Of a DNA stretch of 64,000 nt, positions 39,726-47,925 are shown one piece after another. Under the pieces are notes generated by a model. That model saw only the letters and a list, made by a program, of their open reading frames with translations. It ran no database searches and was not told where the DNA came from. The position numbers and the translations under genes were made by a program. The stretch comes from Escherichia phage mogra: sequence record MN850579.1. The stretch is one strand, 5' to 3'. Position 1 is the first letter of the stretch. Each line of letters starts with the position of its first letter.

Positions 39726-40718
39726 ATGTTACCTGTCGTCGGAAAACTTATTTCTCCAAAAGAACTGGCTGAGATTATTCCTTTATCGGAAGCTTACGCA
39801 TCACAAGTGGCTTCTCATCGCGAACAAGTTAATTCGATTATGAACGGTGAAGACCCACGCAAACTTATTGTTGTAGGTCCTTGTTCAATTCATGACCCTA
39901 TTGCTGCTGTTGAATACGGCAAACGTCTGGCTGAACTTCAAACTAGTCTTCCTAATGTTCTGTTAGTGATGCGCGTTTATTTTGAAAAGCCTCGAACTAC
40001 CGTAGGTTGGAAAGGTCTTGTAAATGATCCATATCTTGACGGAAGTTTTGATATGAACCACGGTCTTATAGTTGCACGAACATTGTGTCGTAAACTTCTA
40101 CGTATGGGACTTCCATTAGCAACTGAAGTATTAGACCCATTCACGATTAAGTATCTTTCTGGTATTTTCTCATGGGTTGCTATTGGCGCCCGTACGACTG
40201 AAAGTCAGACACATCGTGAAATTGCTTCAGGTCTACCGATGTGCGTAGGCTTCAAGAACGCAACCAATGGTTCTATTAAAGTAGCTACAGACGCGATGTA
40301 TAGTGCCGCCTGGCCTCATCGGTATATGGGTATGGACGTCGATGGTACTGTAGGCATTGTTGAAGCTGAAGGTAATCAGAATACGCATATCGTATTGCGT
40401 GGCGGGACCAACGGCCCGAACTATCATTCTTCTGATATTCAAGAAGCTTCTAACAAAGCAAGTGCAGTAGGTCTGAATCATTATGTAATGGTTGACTGTA
40501 GCCATGCAAACGCTGCTGGGCATTATAGCAATCAAATTGGTATTGGTAAAAATTTAGCAGCTAATGATTTGGTCAAAGGAATTATGATAGAATCATTCCT
40601 ACATGAAGGAAATCAAAAAATTTCTGATAATATGTCCTATGGCGTTTCCATTACCGATGCGTGCATCAGTTGGGAACAAACTAAAGAGCTGTTAACTTAT
40701 ATTAATAAGGTTCAATAA
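39726..40718 (+). CDS. 3-deoxy-D-arabino-heptulosonate-7-phosphate (DAHP) synthase, class I AroG/AroF/AroH-like (330 aa)
   Basis: Hallmark motifs ...LIVVGPCSIHDP..., ...MRVYFEKPRTTVGWKGLVNDP..., ...WVAIGARTTESQTHREIASGLPMCVGFKN..., ...ESFLHEGNQ...SITDACISWE... align with recalled E. coli AroG; about 20 residues shorter at the N-terminus. Confidence 0.8.
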   Translation: MLPVVGKLISPKELAEIIPLSEAYASQVASHREQVNSIMNGEDPRKLIVVGPCSIHDPIAAVEYGKRLAELQTSLPNVLLVMRVYFEKPRTTVGWKGLVNDPYLDGSFDMNHGLIVARTLCRKLLRMGLPLATEVLDPFTIKYLSGIFSWVAIGARTTESQTHREIASGLPMCVGFKNATNGSIKVATDAMYSAAWPHRYMGMDVDGTVGIVEAEGNQNTHIVLRGGTNGPNYHSSDIQEASNKASAVGLNHYVMVDCSHANAAGHYSNQIGIGKNLAANDLVKGIMIESFLHEGNQKISDNMSYGVSITDACISWEQTKELLTYINKVQ

Positions 40719-41299
40719 TGAAAGCTAGCACATATCTTCAGATTGCTTATCTGATTTCTCAAGAATCAAAATGTTGTTCATGGAAAGTTGGCGCCGTCAT
40801 TGAAAAAGATGGACGCATTATTTCTACAGGTTATAATGGCTCTCCTTCAGGTGGTACAAACTGTTGCGAACATGCATCCGAAAACGGTTGGTTGAAGAAT
40901 AAACCAAGCCCGGTCATCGTTGCTGGGCATAAAGAAGGCACTACAGCATTTGGACGGGTGGATAATTTTGTTTTGGCTAAAGAACATCGGGCCGCTCATA
41001 GTGCATGGTCTGCTAATAACGAAATCCATGCTGAATTGAATGCAATTTTGTTTGCAGCTCGTAAAGGTAATTCTATTGAAGGTGCTACGTTATATACGAC
41101 GCTTTCTCCGTGTCCTGATTGCACTAAAGCTATTACACAGTCAGGTATTAAAAAGGTTGTATACGCAGAATTATATGACAGATCTCCTGAAAATTGGGCA
41201 GACATTCTAAAACAAGCCGGTATTGAAGTAATTCAGTACTCTCGTAATAATCTTCGTTCTCTGAATTGGGAACAAATCCGAAACTTTTGTGGTGAATAA
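40718..41299 (+). CDS. cd: dCMP deaminase (193 aa)
   Basis: Zinc-binding deaminase motifs ...HAELNAI... and ...LSPCPDCTKAI...; same size as T4 Cd (193 aa). Confidence 0.9.
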   Translation: MKASTYLQIAYLISQESKCCSWKVGAVIEKDGRIISTGYNGSPSGGTNCCEHASENGWLKNKPSPVIVAGHKEGTTAFGRVDNFVLAKEHRAAHSAWSANNEIHAELNAILFAARKGNSIEGATLYTTLSPCPDCTKAITQSGIKKVVYAELYDRSPENWADILKQAGIEVIQYSRNNLRSLNWEQIRNFCGE

Positions 41300-41300
41300 T

Positions 41301-41597
41301 ATGATTTTAACTGAACAAGAGACTATGGTTCTTCGTGAACGTATTAAAACTATTCTGTCTGTAGGCGTTCATCGTGTTGTATTTGAAAAGGCTAACGGTG
41401 AGGTACGCACTATGTTTGCTTCTCGCGATGAACTTGAAGTCAAATATGAAAATAACAATCCGGCAACAGAAGTTCGTTCTGAACCTCGTGAATCAGTTCG
41501 AGCATTCGACACCAAGTTAGGACAGTGGCGTTCTTTCCGCCTTGATAAAGTAATTTCGGTTGATGGTACTCCGGTAGAACGTTTGCTTCTTATGTAA
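41301..41597 (+). CDS. hypothetical protein (98 aa from ATG 41301)
   Basis: ATG 2 nt after the cd stop; the track start 41289 is a GTG inside cd. Confidence 0.45.
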   Translation: MILTEQETMVLRERIKTILSVGVHRVVFEKANGEVRTMFASRDELEVKYENNNPATEVRSEPRESVRAFDTKLGQWRSFRLDKVISVDGTPVERLLLM

Positions 41598-41624
41598 TAT
41601 GCTTTACGAATAGTATGGTATTAT
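41598..41624 (+). promoter_or_regulatory. putative MotA-dependent middle promoter for gene 31
   Basis: taTGCTTTA at 41598-41606, 12-bp spacer, TATTAT at 41619-41624; gene 31 ATG at 41655. Confidence 0.5.
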
Positions 41625-41654
41625 TAATCTATCGTCAAACAACAAGGAAATAAG

Positions 41655-41987
41655 ATGTCTGAAGTACAACTCCCAATTCGTGCTGTTGGTGAATATGTCA
41701 TTCTGGTTTCTGAACCCGCTCAAGCAGGTGATGAAGAAGTTACCGAATCAGGACTTGTGATTGGTAAACGTGTTCAAGGTGAAGTTCCTGAACTATGTGT
41801 AGTTCATTCTGTAGGTCCTGATGTTCCTGAAGGTTTTGTTGAAGTCGGTGATTTGACTCCACTACCAGTTGGACAAATTCGAAATGTTCCACATCCATTT
41901 GTGGCTTTGGGACTTAAACAACCTAAAGAAATTAAACAGAAATTCGTAACATGCCACTATAAAGCTATTCCGTGTCTTTATAAGTGA
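41655..41987 (+). CDS. 31: gp31 co-chaperonin (GroES analogue), 110 aa
   Basis: [60 protein letters not shown]...[11 protein letters not shown] matches recalled T4 gp31 almost residue for residue. Confidence 0.92.
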   Translation: MSEVQLPIRAVGEYVILVSEPAQAGDEEVTESGLVIGKRVQGEVPELCVVHSVGPDVPEGFVEVGDLTPLPVGQIRNVPHPFVALGLKQPKEIKQKFVTCHYKAIPCLYK

Positions 41988-41995
41988 TATAAATA
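41988..41995 (+). promoter_or_regulatory. late promoter (TATAAATA)
   Basis: Exact TATAAATA 1 nt after the gene 31 stop; about 115 nt upstream of the next ORF. Confidence 0.45.
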
Positions 41996-42111
41996 ACTAT
42001 ATGAAGAGAACACTCTTCTAAGCGGTAGCCTACAACTGAGAGACTTGTCGAAAGAAGGTGAAATTCAGACGAACGTGGCTACTAAATATTATCTCGAATT
42101 GAGAATTTAAA

Positions 42112-42360
42112 ATGATTAAACAATTACAACACGCTCTTGAACTGCAACGCAACGCATGGAATAACGGTCACGAAAACTATGGCGCGTCGATTGATGTTGA
42201 AGCCGAAGCACTGGAAATCCTGCGTTATTTCAAACATCTGAACCCGGTACAGGCAGCTTTGGCCTCTGAACTGGAAGCAAAAGATGAACTGAAATATGCT
42301 AAGCCTTTGGCTTCTGCAGCTCGTAAAGCAGTACGTCATTTTGTTATTACCCTTAAATAA
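42112..42360 (+). CDS. hypothetical protein (82 aa); rIII-like by size and position
   Basis: 82 aa, same length as T4 RIII as recalled, located next to gene 31 and downstream of a late promoter; not verified at sequence level. Confidence 0.45.
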   Translation: MIKQLQHALELQRNAWNNGHENYGASIDVEAEALEILRYFKHLNPVQAALASELEAKDELKYAKPLASAARKAVRHFVITLK

Positions 42361-42469
42361 GTTTTAGGTGATTCGCTACCTTAGTGCGGCTAGAAAATCG
42401 AGGAGCCGTCGAACTGTCTGATTAATGATTTGTGAATCATTATAGTTTTAAGACCCCGACAGTTTTACG

Positions 42470-42498
42470 GTGTACCTCTTGAATGTATTTTGTACTAT
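42470..42498 (+). promoter_or_regulatory. putative early promoter inside the long non-coding region
   Basis: GTGTAC at 42470-42475, 17-bp spacer, TACTAT at 42493-42498; would give a leader of about 150 nt before the 59-aa ORF. Confidence 0.4.
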
Positions 42499-42654
42499 CA
42501 CGCGTCAGAAAAAGGTTATCTGTCTAAGTCGCGGTTGGTATGATGACGGGTTTATGGTTATCCTGTCGTTAAATATCCAAAACCTATGTTCCCATTGAGG
42601 GCTTGCGCAGGCAATGTCAATAAGTCCTGCATTTTCATTTAAAGAGAATTTATA

Positions 42655-42834
42655 ATGGCAAAACAAGCTAAAGCAAAGAAAGCAGTTGAAAAGAAAGTTG
42701 ATGGTACCTCTAAACGCGCTGGATACAAGCGTGGGTCGAACTCTCGTATTAATCAAACAGTTGAGAAGATCATGCGCAGAGCACGTGCAGTTCTTCGAGA
42801 TGATGCTTCTCGTTTTGGAAAGGTTGTTGCATAA
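42655..42834 (+). CDS. small basic protein (59 aa, Lys/Arg-rich)
   Basis: ATG ORF MAKQAKAKKAVEKKVDGTSKRAGYKRGSNSRINQTVEKIMRRARAVLRDDASRFGKVVA; followed 5 nt later by a strong terminator; below the ORF-track size cut-off. Confidence 0.45.
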   Translation: MAKQAKAKKAVEKKVDGTSKRAGYKRGSNSRINQTVEKIMRRARAVLRDDASRFGKVVA

Positions 42835-42839
42835 TTTTA

Positions 42840-42861
42840 GGGAGACTTCGGTCTCCCTTTT
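42840..42861 (+). terminator. intrinsic terminator (GGGAGACTTCGGTCTCCC + T-run)
   Basis: Third copy of the 18-nt UUCG hairpin (42840-42857) followed by TTTTGTG. Confidence 0.7.
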
Positions 42862-42894
42862 GTGCGTTTAGGGCAGAAAAAGTTTAAAAAAGAT

Positions 42895-42923
42895 GTTTAC
42901 TCTCCTGTAGGATGTGTTACTAT
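42895..42923 (+). promoter_or_regulatory. T4-type early promoter
   Basis: GTTTAC at 42895-42900, 17-bp spacer, TACTAT at 42918-42923; ATG at 42966 with GGAGAA RBS. Confidence 0.55.
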
Positions 42924-42965
42924 AGACTTGTACCATCTAATCAATAAAACAACCTGGAGAACAAA

Positions 42966-43334
42966 ATGAAAATCAATCTGAACTCATACATCAAATGTAA
43001 AGACCACGATGGTTATAAAGCTATCGAAATTAAAGAATTCCAGTGGATGTTATACAAAGAGCAATTTGAGTTCGTAGGTTGTATGACCCCTGAAGGTCCT
43101 TCTGATGATTTCTCTTGGAAAATTGTGTTAGCAAACTTTTTCACAGGTGACACATACGAATTAAAAACTATTATTACCAGTAAAATTCGTTCAGAAACAT
43201 ATGTTGACGAAGAAACTGGTTACTCTGAAGATGTTACATGGTATCAAAATGGACGCATTACAGCAGATAACCTGATAGAAAAAATGAAAGCCAAAGGTGT
43301 TTTAAATTTAGACAATTGGATTAAAGTTGCATAA
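42966..43334 (+). CDS. hypothetical protein (122 aa)
   Basis: ATG ORF downstream of an early promoter; no motif. Confidence 0.5.
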   Translation: MKINLNSYIKCKDHDGYKAIEIKEFQWMLYKEQFEFVGCMTPEGPSDDFSWKIVLANFFTGDTYELKTIITSKIRSETYVDEETGYSEDVTWYQNGRITADNLIEKMKAKGVLNLDNWIKVA

Positions 43335-43338
43335 ACCA

Positions 43339-43378
43339 GTTTACTTTGGTACAGGTTATGTTATTATAGACCTGTACC
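43339..43378 (+). promoter_or_regulatory. early promoter embedded in an 8-bp stem-loop
   Basis: GTTTAC at 43339-43344, TATTAT at 43362-43367 within the loop of the dyad GGTACAGG(43348-43355)/CCTGTACC(43371-43378). Confidence 0.55.
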
Positions 43379-43408
43379 AACAAACAACTTAAACATCTGG
43401 AGAATAAA

Positions 43409-43774
43409 ATGAACTACACCAACTTCGAACGTAAATATGTTTCTAACGGTATTGCTGGTTCTTCTGAAGTTATTTGCTTATGGAAACACGAAAACGGTAC
43501 AGTTTGTGAAATCGAACAGTGCATGACTCCTAATTACGTTTATATGCGATTTGAAAATGGTATCACGGTTTCAATCACGATGGAAGGTTCAAATTTTAAA
43601 ATTGCATTAGATGATGATTTCCGTCAGCGTGATTTAGGTACTCATCCTTGTTGGAATGGTGTTAATCGTAAACTTCTGGTTAAAACTTGGATTCGTCATA
43701 TCCTGAGTAACCGAGCTAAACCTGAACATCTCGAAGCAATCTTTGATGTAGTTCTTAACGAATTTGATATCTAA
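43409..43774 (+). CDS. hypothetical protein (121 aa)
   Basis: ATG with GGAGAA RBS downstream of an early promoter. Confidence 0.5.
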   Translation: MNYTNFERKYVSNGIAGSSEVICLWKHENGTVCEIEQCMTPNYVYMRFENGITVSITMEGSNFKIALDDDFRQRDLGTHPCWNGVNRKLLVKTWIRHILSNRAKPEHLEAIFDVVLNEFDI

Positions 43775-43781
43775 ATTAATT

Positions 43782-43797
43782 GGGAGCTTCGGCTCCC
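43782..43797 (+). other. UUCG-loop hairpin (GGGAGCTTCGGCTCCC) without T-run
   Basis: Perfect hairpin 8 nt after the stop, followed by ACTGAGG (RBS of the next gene) rather than a T-run. Confidence 0.45.
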
Positions 43798-43809
43798 ACT
43801 GAGGAAATT

Positions 43810-44424
43810 ATGTTTAAAGTTAATACTTTTTATAAAATGAATTTTAAAAATGGGGATATTACTCCACGCCTTAAAAACATGTTCTCATATGACCTTATTG
43901 AGCCTTTTGAAGTTTTAGAAGTTACTGATGCCGGCTCAGTTTGTGAAATTAGAACTTCTGAAGGTAAAATTTATCAGGCCGGTGTTGGTAAATTCAGTAA
44001 TTGTTTTACTTTAATATTCTCGACCGATTTAGATGAGCATTTTATTGAATGTCCTAACCCTAAGGTCTATGAAGTTCCACATCAAGAAACTAAGAAAAAT
44101 GGGCCGCACGAATATACGAAGGTTGAAACTCCTCACGGCGGGATGTGGCGACATAACTCTCCTTTTGGAAGTAAAGGAACATTTGCTCAACTGGCTAAGC
44201 CCTACGACGATGAAAAATATGTAGTAGTCCTTTTATCTGAACAGGGTACTCAAGACCGTGGATGCCAGCGTTCCGGTTTATTGAGTGAACTCGAAGCTCA
44301 TAACCTAGCACGTGAATTCGTTGAGAAAAATCCTGGTTCTGAAGCTCTAGTCATGAAAGCAATTACTCAATATATCACTGCTCAACCTGTTGTTCATCCG
44401 GTAGAAATTAATTTCATTAAGTAG
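43810..44424 (+). CDS. hypothetical protein (204 aa from ATG 43810)
   Basis: GAGGAAATT RBS plus ATG at 43810; the track start 43780 lies within the upstream hairpin. Confidence 0.5.
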   Translation: MFKVNTFYKMNFKNGDITPRLKNMFSYDLIEPFEVLEVTDAGSVCEIRTSEGKIYQAGVGKFSNCFTLIFSTDLDEHFIECPNPKVYEVPHQETKKNGPHEYTKVETPHGGMWRHNSPFGSKGTFAQLAKPYDDEKYVVVLLSEQGTQDRGCQRSGLLSELEAHNLAREFVEKNPGSEALVMKAITQYITAQPVVHPVEINFIK

Positions 44425-44454
44425 TGTACATCCAAGGACGGATTAGAGTATAAT
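44424..44454 (+). promoter_or_regulatory. T4-type early promoter
   Basis: GTGTACA at 44424-44430 and TATAAT at 44449-44454; ATG at 44479. Confidence 0.5.
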
Positions 44455-44478
44455 GATTTCTTTAGTAAGTGGAAAAAT

Positions 44479-44676
44479 ATGAAATTTTTAATAGCACAAA
44501 CAGTCCAATTAAAAGGTGTTGGAATCCCTGGGATGATTTTTAAAGTTCTCAACGAATTTAAAACTGCCGCTGGAATTATCAATGAAGCGTATGCTGTTCA
44601 ATGGGTTGATGGGACTTCTGACATACGTATGGGTAAAGAGTTATCTCCTATTAAAGGGTTGAAACATGTTGAATAA
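44479..44676 (+). CDS. hypothetical protein (65 aa)
   Basis: ATG ORF downstream of an early promoter. Confidence 0.45.
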   Translation: MKFLIAQTVQLKGVGIPGMIFKVLNEFKTAAGIINEAYAVQWVDGTSDIRMGKELSPIKGLKHVE

Positions 44677-44884
44677 ATTAATCCAGAAATTGTTTGGTAC
44701 GGAAATGATTGAAGTTACTTATCGTGTAACCGACGTTTTTCCATATTACGCGGAAAACCGTTTAGAACCATACGTTACGTCAATTAAAATGCCTAAAAAT
44801 GACAGAAATTTATCTATCGAAGACCGTATACCTGGATACGGACATTGGGCTGATGTTGAAATTATAAGTGTTAAAGATGTCTGA
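44666..44884 (+). CDS. hypothetical protein (72 aa)
   Basis: Coupled ORF; no motif. Confidence 0.45.
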   Translation: MLNKLIQKLFGTEMIEVTYRVTDVFPYYAENRLEPYVTSIKMPKNDRNLSIEDRIPGYGHWADVEIISVKDV

Positions 44885-45335
44885 ATTAGAAATAAGAAGT
44901 AATTTCAAATGGCCGTCATGTGCATTAAGTAACTTTGCTCAATGGCCTTTTGTTATGGATGGTATTCAATTCGGAGGTCTTGAAGGATTTCTCCAAGGAT
45001 GTAAGGTGAAAAATGTTGAACAACAAAGACGTATATTTGGGTTGTCTGGATTGGCTGCACAGCAAGCTGGAAGGTCTTACGCAAGAGCTCAGGACCGTGG
45101 GACTCTCTTCTGGTTAGGAGTTCCATTTTCAAGATACTCCGAAGCGTGGAAAGAATTATACACAAATGCATATTTTGAAGCCGCGATCCAAAACAAGGGG
45201 TTTCGTGATGCCTTACAAGCCTCTAAAGGAAAAATTTTGAAGCACAGCATGGCCAGCCACCTAACAAAAGATGATACAATACTAACTGAAGATGAATTTA
45301 TTGACGTGTTAAACCTATTAAGAGACTCTTTATGA
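44877..45335 (+). CDS. NADAR-domain (YbiA-like) protein, putative N-glycosidase / ADP-ribosyl hydrolase (152 aa from ATG 44877)
   Basis: ...CALSNFAQWPFVMDGIQFGGLEGFLQGCKV... matches the YbiA/NADAR core (SNFAAWPIKVDGKTWPTSEHYFQAQKF in E. coli YbiA as recalled), plus a downstream ...AIQNKGFRDALQASKGKIL... block. Confidence 0.6.
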   Translation: MSELEIRSNFKWPSCALSNFAQWPFVMDGIQFGGLEGFLQGCKVKNVEQQRRIFGLSGLAAQQAGRSYARAQDRGTLFWLGVPFSRYSEAWKELYTNAYFEAAIQNKGFRDALQASKGKILKHSMASHLTKDDTILTEDEFIDVLNLLRDSL

Positions 45336-46156
45336 AGCCTACTATTTTGACTGATATTGATGGTGTATGTTTAAGCTGGCAATCTGGACTTCCTTATTTT
45401 GCCCAAAAATATAACCTTCCATTAGAACATATTTTAAAAATGATTCAGGACGAAAAATTTATTTCTCCTGGTAAACTGTTCAATACCGACGATAACCTTG
45501 GTAAACAATTAATAGAAAAATATAATAGCTCTGATTTTATTCGTTACTTAGCGCCTTATTCTGATGCTCTTCGAGTTATCAATAAACTAAAAGAAGACTA
45601 TAATTTTGTAGCCGTGACGGCGCTAGGTGATTCAATTGATGCTCGATTGAATAGACAATTTAATTTGAATGCTTTGTTCCCAGGCGCTTTCTCTGAAGTA
45701 ATGATGTGTGGTCATGATTCTTCAAAGGAACAATTATTCGAACTAGCTAAAACAAAATATAACATAATTTGTTACGTTGACGATTTAGCTCATCATTGTG
45801 ACCATGCGGCAGAAATTCTTAATGTACCGATTTATTGGTTGGCTCGTGGTGAACGTGATGCCATTCCTCGTACTGCACAACGTGTACACACGTGGGATGA
45901 TATTGAATCTCGTTTGGTTCCACCTGAGCATAATTCAGATTCAGATCGTGAAGACCTTTTAAAACGATTGGCGGATTTGCTTAAAGAATCTGGTGCAACA
46001 AGTCCAGGTGCATGGCCTAATCAAATTGGTGGCCCCTCGACAACACGTACTCCATATACCTGGCGAACCCCAGGACCAACTGATATGCAACCGTGGTGGA
46101 CGATTCAAAACTTTCCTTTAGATTCGTCTAAATGGACTTGGACTATAAATTGTTAA
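45332..46156 (+). CDS. HAD-superfamily phosphatase-like protein with Trp/Pro-rich C-terminal tail (274 aa)
   Basis: HAD motif I ...ILTDIDGVCLSW... (DxDGV), motif II ...FVAVTAL..., motif IV ...ICYVDDLAHH...; the last 50 aa (PGAWPNQIGGPSTTRTPYTWRTPGPTDMQPWWTIQNFPLDSSKWTWTINC) have unusual low-complexity composition. Confidence 0.5.
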   Translation: MKPTILTDIDGVCLSWQSGLPYFAQKYNLPLEHILKMIQDEKFISPGKLFNTDDNLGKQLIEKYNSSDFIRYLAPYSDALRVINKLKEDYNFVAVTALGDSIDARLNRQFNLNALFPGAFSEVMMCGHDSSKEQLFELAKTKYNIICYVDDLAHHCDHAAEILNVPIYWLARGERDAIPRTAQRVHTWDDIESRLVPPEHNSDSDREDLLKRLADLLKESGATSPGAWPNQIGGPSTTRTPYTWRTPGPTDMQPWWTIQNFPLDSSKWTWTINC

Positions 46157-46165
46157 GGGTTAATT

Positions 46166-46435
46166 ATGTTTGTAGTTCATGATATTACAGATGGCAAAAA
46201 TACCACACGTGACTACGGTCACGTTAACATGTTCTTTCGAGACTGGCCATTGTTTCGTTCAGTAAAAGACGCAGAAATATTTAAAGAGTGTGTTGAACAA
46301 GGGTTCATCTACATTTCAGAATACTATGTTGAAGGACTCGGTAAATGGATTACCACTTATCAGAAAACGCTGAAATCGCTTCTAGATGAAGTGGCTTATA
46401 ATAGAACCGTAACCAAAATCGAGGATATCAAATGA
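46166..46435 (+). CDS. hypothetical protein (89 aa)
   Basis: ATG ORF immediately upstream of the DNA ligase gene and coupled to it (ATGA). Confidence 0.45.
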   Translation: MFVVHDITDGKNTTRDYGHVNMFFRDWPLFRSVKDAEIFKECVEQGFIYISEYYVEGLGKWITTYQKTLKSLLDEVAYNRTVTKIEDIK

Positions 46436-47925
46436 TTTTAGATATTTTAAACCAAATAGCTGCGATCGGTTCTACTAAAACAAAACAAGAAATCCTTAAG
46501 AAAAATAAGGACAACAAATTACTTGAACGTGTGTATCGTTTAACATATGCACGTGGTATCCAGTATTATATTAAGAAATGGCCAGGACCGGGTGAAAGGT
46601 CTCAAGCGTATGGACTTCTTGAATTAGATGACATGTTGGATTTTATTGAGTTCACATTAGCCACTCGTAAACTCACCGGTAATGCTGCAATTAAAGAGCT
46701 CATGGGTTATATCGCTGACGGTAAACCTGATGATGTAGAAGTCCTTCGTCGTGTAATGATGCGCGACCTTGAAGTAGGTGCTTCAGTGTCTATCGCGAAT
46801 AAGGTGTGGCCTGGACTTATTCAATTGCAACCACAGATGTTAGCATCTGCATATGATGAGAAATTGATTACTAAAAATATTAAATGGCCTGCATTTGCCC
46901 AATTAAAAGCAGATGGTGCTCGTTGTTTCGCTGAAGTTCGCGATGATGGTGTTCAATTCTTTTCTCGTGCCGGTAACGAATATCATGGTCTTACTCTATT
47001 AGCGGATGAACTGATGGAAATGACTAAAGAAGCTCGTGAAAGACACCCTAATGGGGTTTTAATCGACGGTGAATTAGTTTACCATTCATTTGATATTAAA
47101 AAGGCTGTGAGCTCAGGAAATGACCTGTCGTTCTTATTTGGTGATAATGAAGAATCCGAAGAAGTACAAGTTGCGGACCGTAGCACTTCAAACGGTTTAG
47201 CAAATAAATCTCTTCAAGGGACTATTTCTCCTAAAGAAGCTGAAGGTATGGTTCTTCAAGCCTGGGACTATGTTCCTTTAGATGAAGTCTATTCTGATGG
47301 CAAAATTAAAGGTCAGAAATACGATGTTCGTTTTGCTGCTCTTGAAAATATGGCTGAAGGCTTTAAACGAATTGAGCCAATTGAAAATCAGTTAGTTCGT
47401 AATCTTGACGAAGCTAAAGTGGTTTATAAAAAATATGTTGACCAAGGTCTTGAAGGTATTATCCTTAAAAACCGTGATTCATATTGGGAAAACAAACGTT
47501 CTAAGAACCTAATTAAATTTAAAGAAGTTATTGATATCGCTTTAGAAGTTGTAGGATACTATGAACACTCTAAAGACCCTAACAAATTAGGTGGTGTCGA
47601 ACTCGTATCACGTTGTCGTCGTATTACAACCGATTGTGGTTCAGGGTTTAAAGATACAACTCATAAAACAGTTGATGGTGTAAAGGTTCTTATTCCTTTA
47701 GATGAGCGACATGATTTGGACCGTGAACGATTAATGACCGAAGCTCGTGAAGGTAAATTGATTGGACGTATTGCTGATTGTGAATGCAATGGTTGGGTTC
47801 ATTCTAAAGGACGTGAAGGCACTGTAGGTATTTTCCTCCCAATTATTAAAGGGTTCCGTTTTGATAAAACAGAAGCGGATTCGTTTGAAGACGTATTTGG
47901 ACCGTGGTCCCAGACAGGTTTATAA
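46432..47925 (+). CDS. 30: ATP-dependent DNA ligase gp30 (497 aa)
   Basis: MILDILNQIAAIGSTKTKQEILKKNKDNKLLERVYRLTYARGIQYYIKKWPGPG... and adenylation motif ...FAQLKADGARCFAEV... match recalled T4 DNA ligase (487 aa). Confidence 0.92.
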   Translation: MILDILNQIAAIGSTKTKQEILKKNKDNKLLERVYRLTYARGIQYYIKKWPGPGERSQAYGLLELDDMLDFIEFTLATRKLTGNAAIKELMGYIADGKPDDVEVLRRVMMRDLEVGASVSIANKVWPGLIQLQPQMLASAYDEKLITKNIKWPAFAQLKADGARCFAEVRDDGVQFFSRAGNEYHGLTLLADELMEMTKEARERHPNGVLIDGELVYHSFDIKKAVSSGNDLSFLFGDNEESEEVQVADRSTSNGLANKSLQGTISPKEAEGMVLQAWDYVPLDEVYSDGKIKGQKYDVRFAALENMAEGFKRIEPIENQLVRNLDEAKVVYKKYVDQGLEGIILKNRDSYWENKRSKNLIKFKEVIDIALEVVGYYEHSKDPNKLGGVELVSRCRRITTDCGSGFKDTTHKTVDGVKVLIPLDERHDLDRERLMTEAREGKLIGRIADCECNGWVHSKGREGTVGIFLPIIKGFRFDKTEADSFEDVFGPWSQTGL

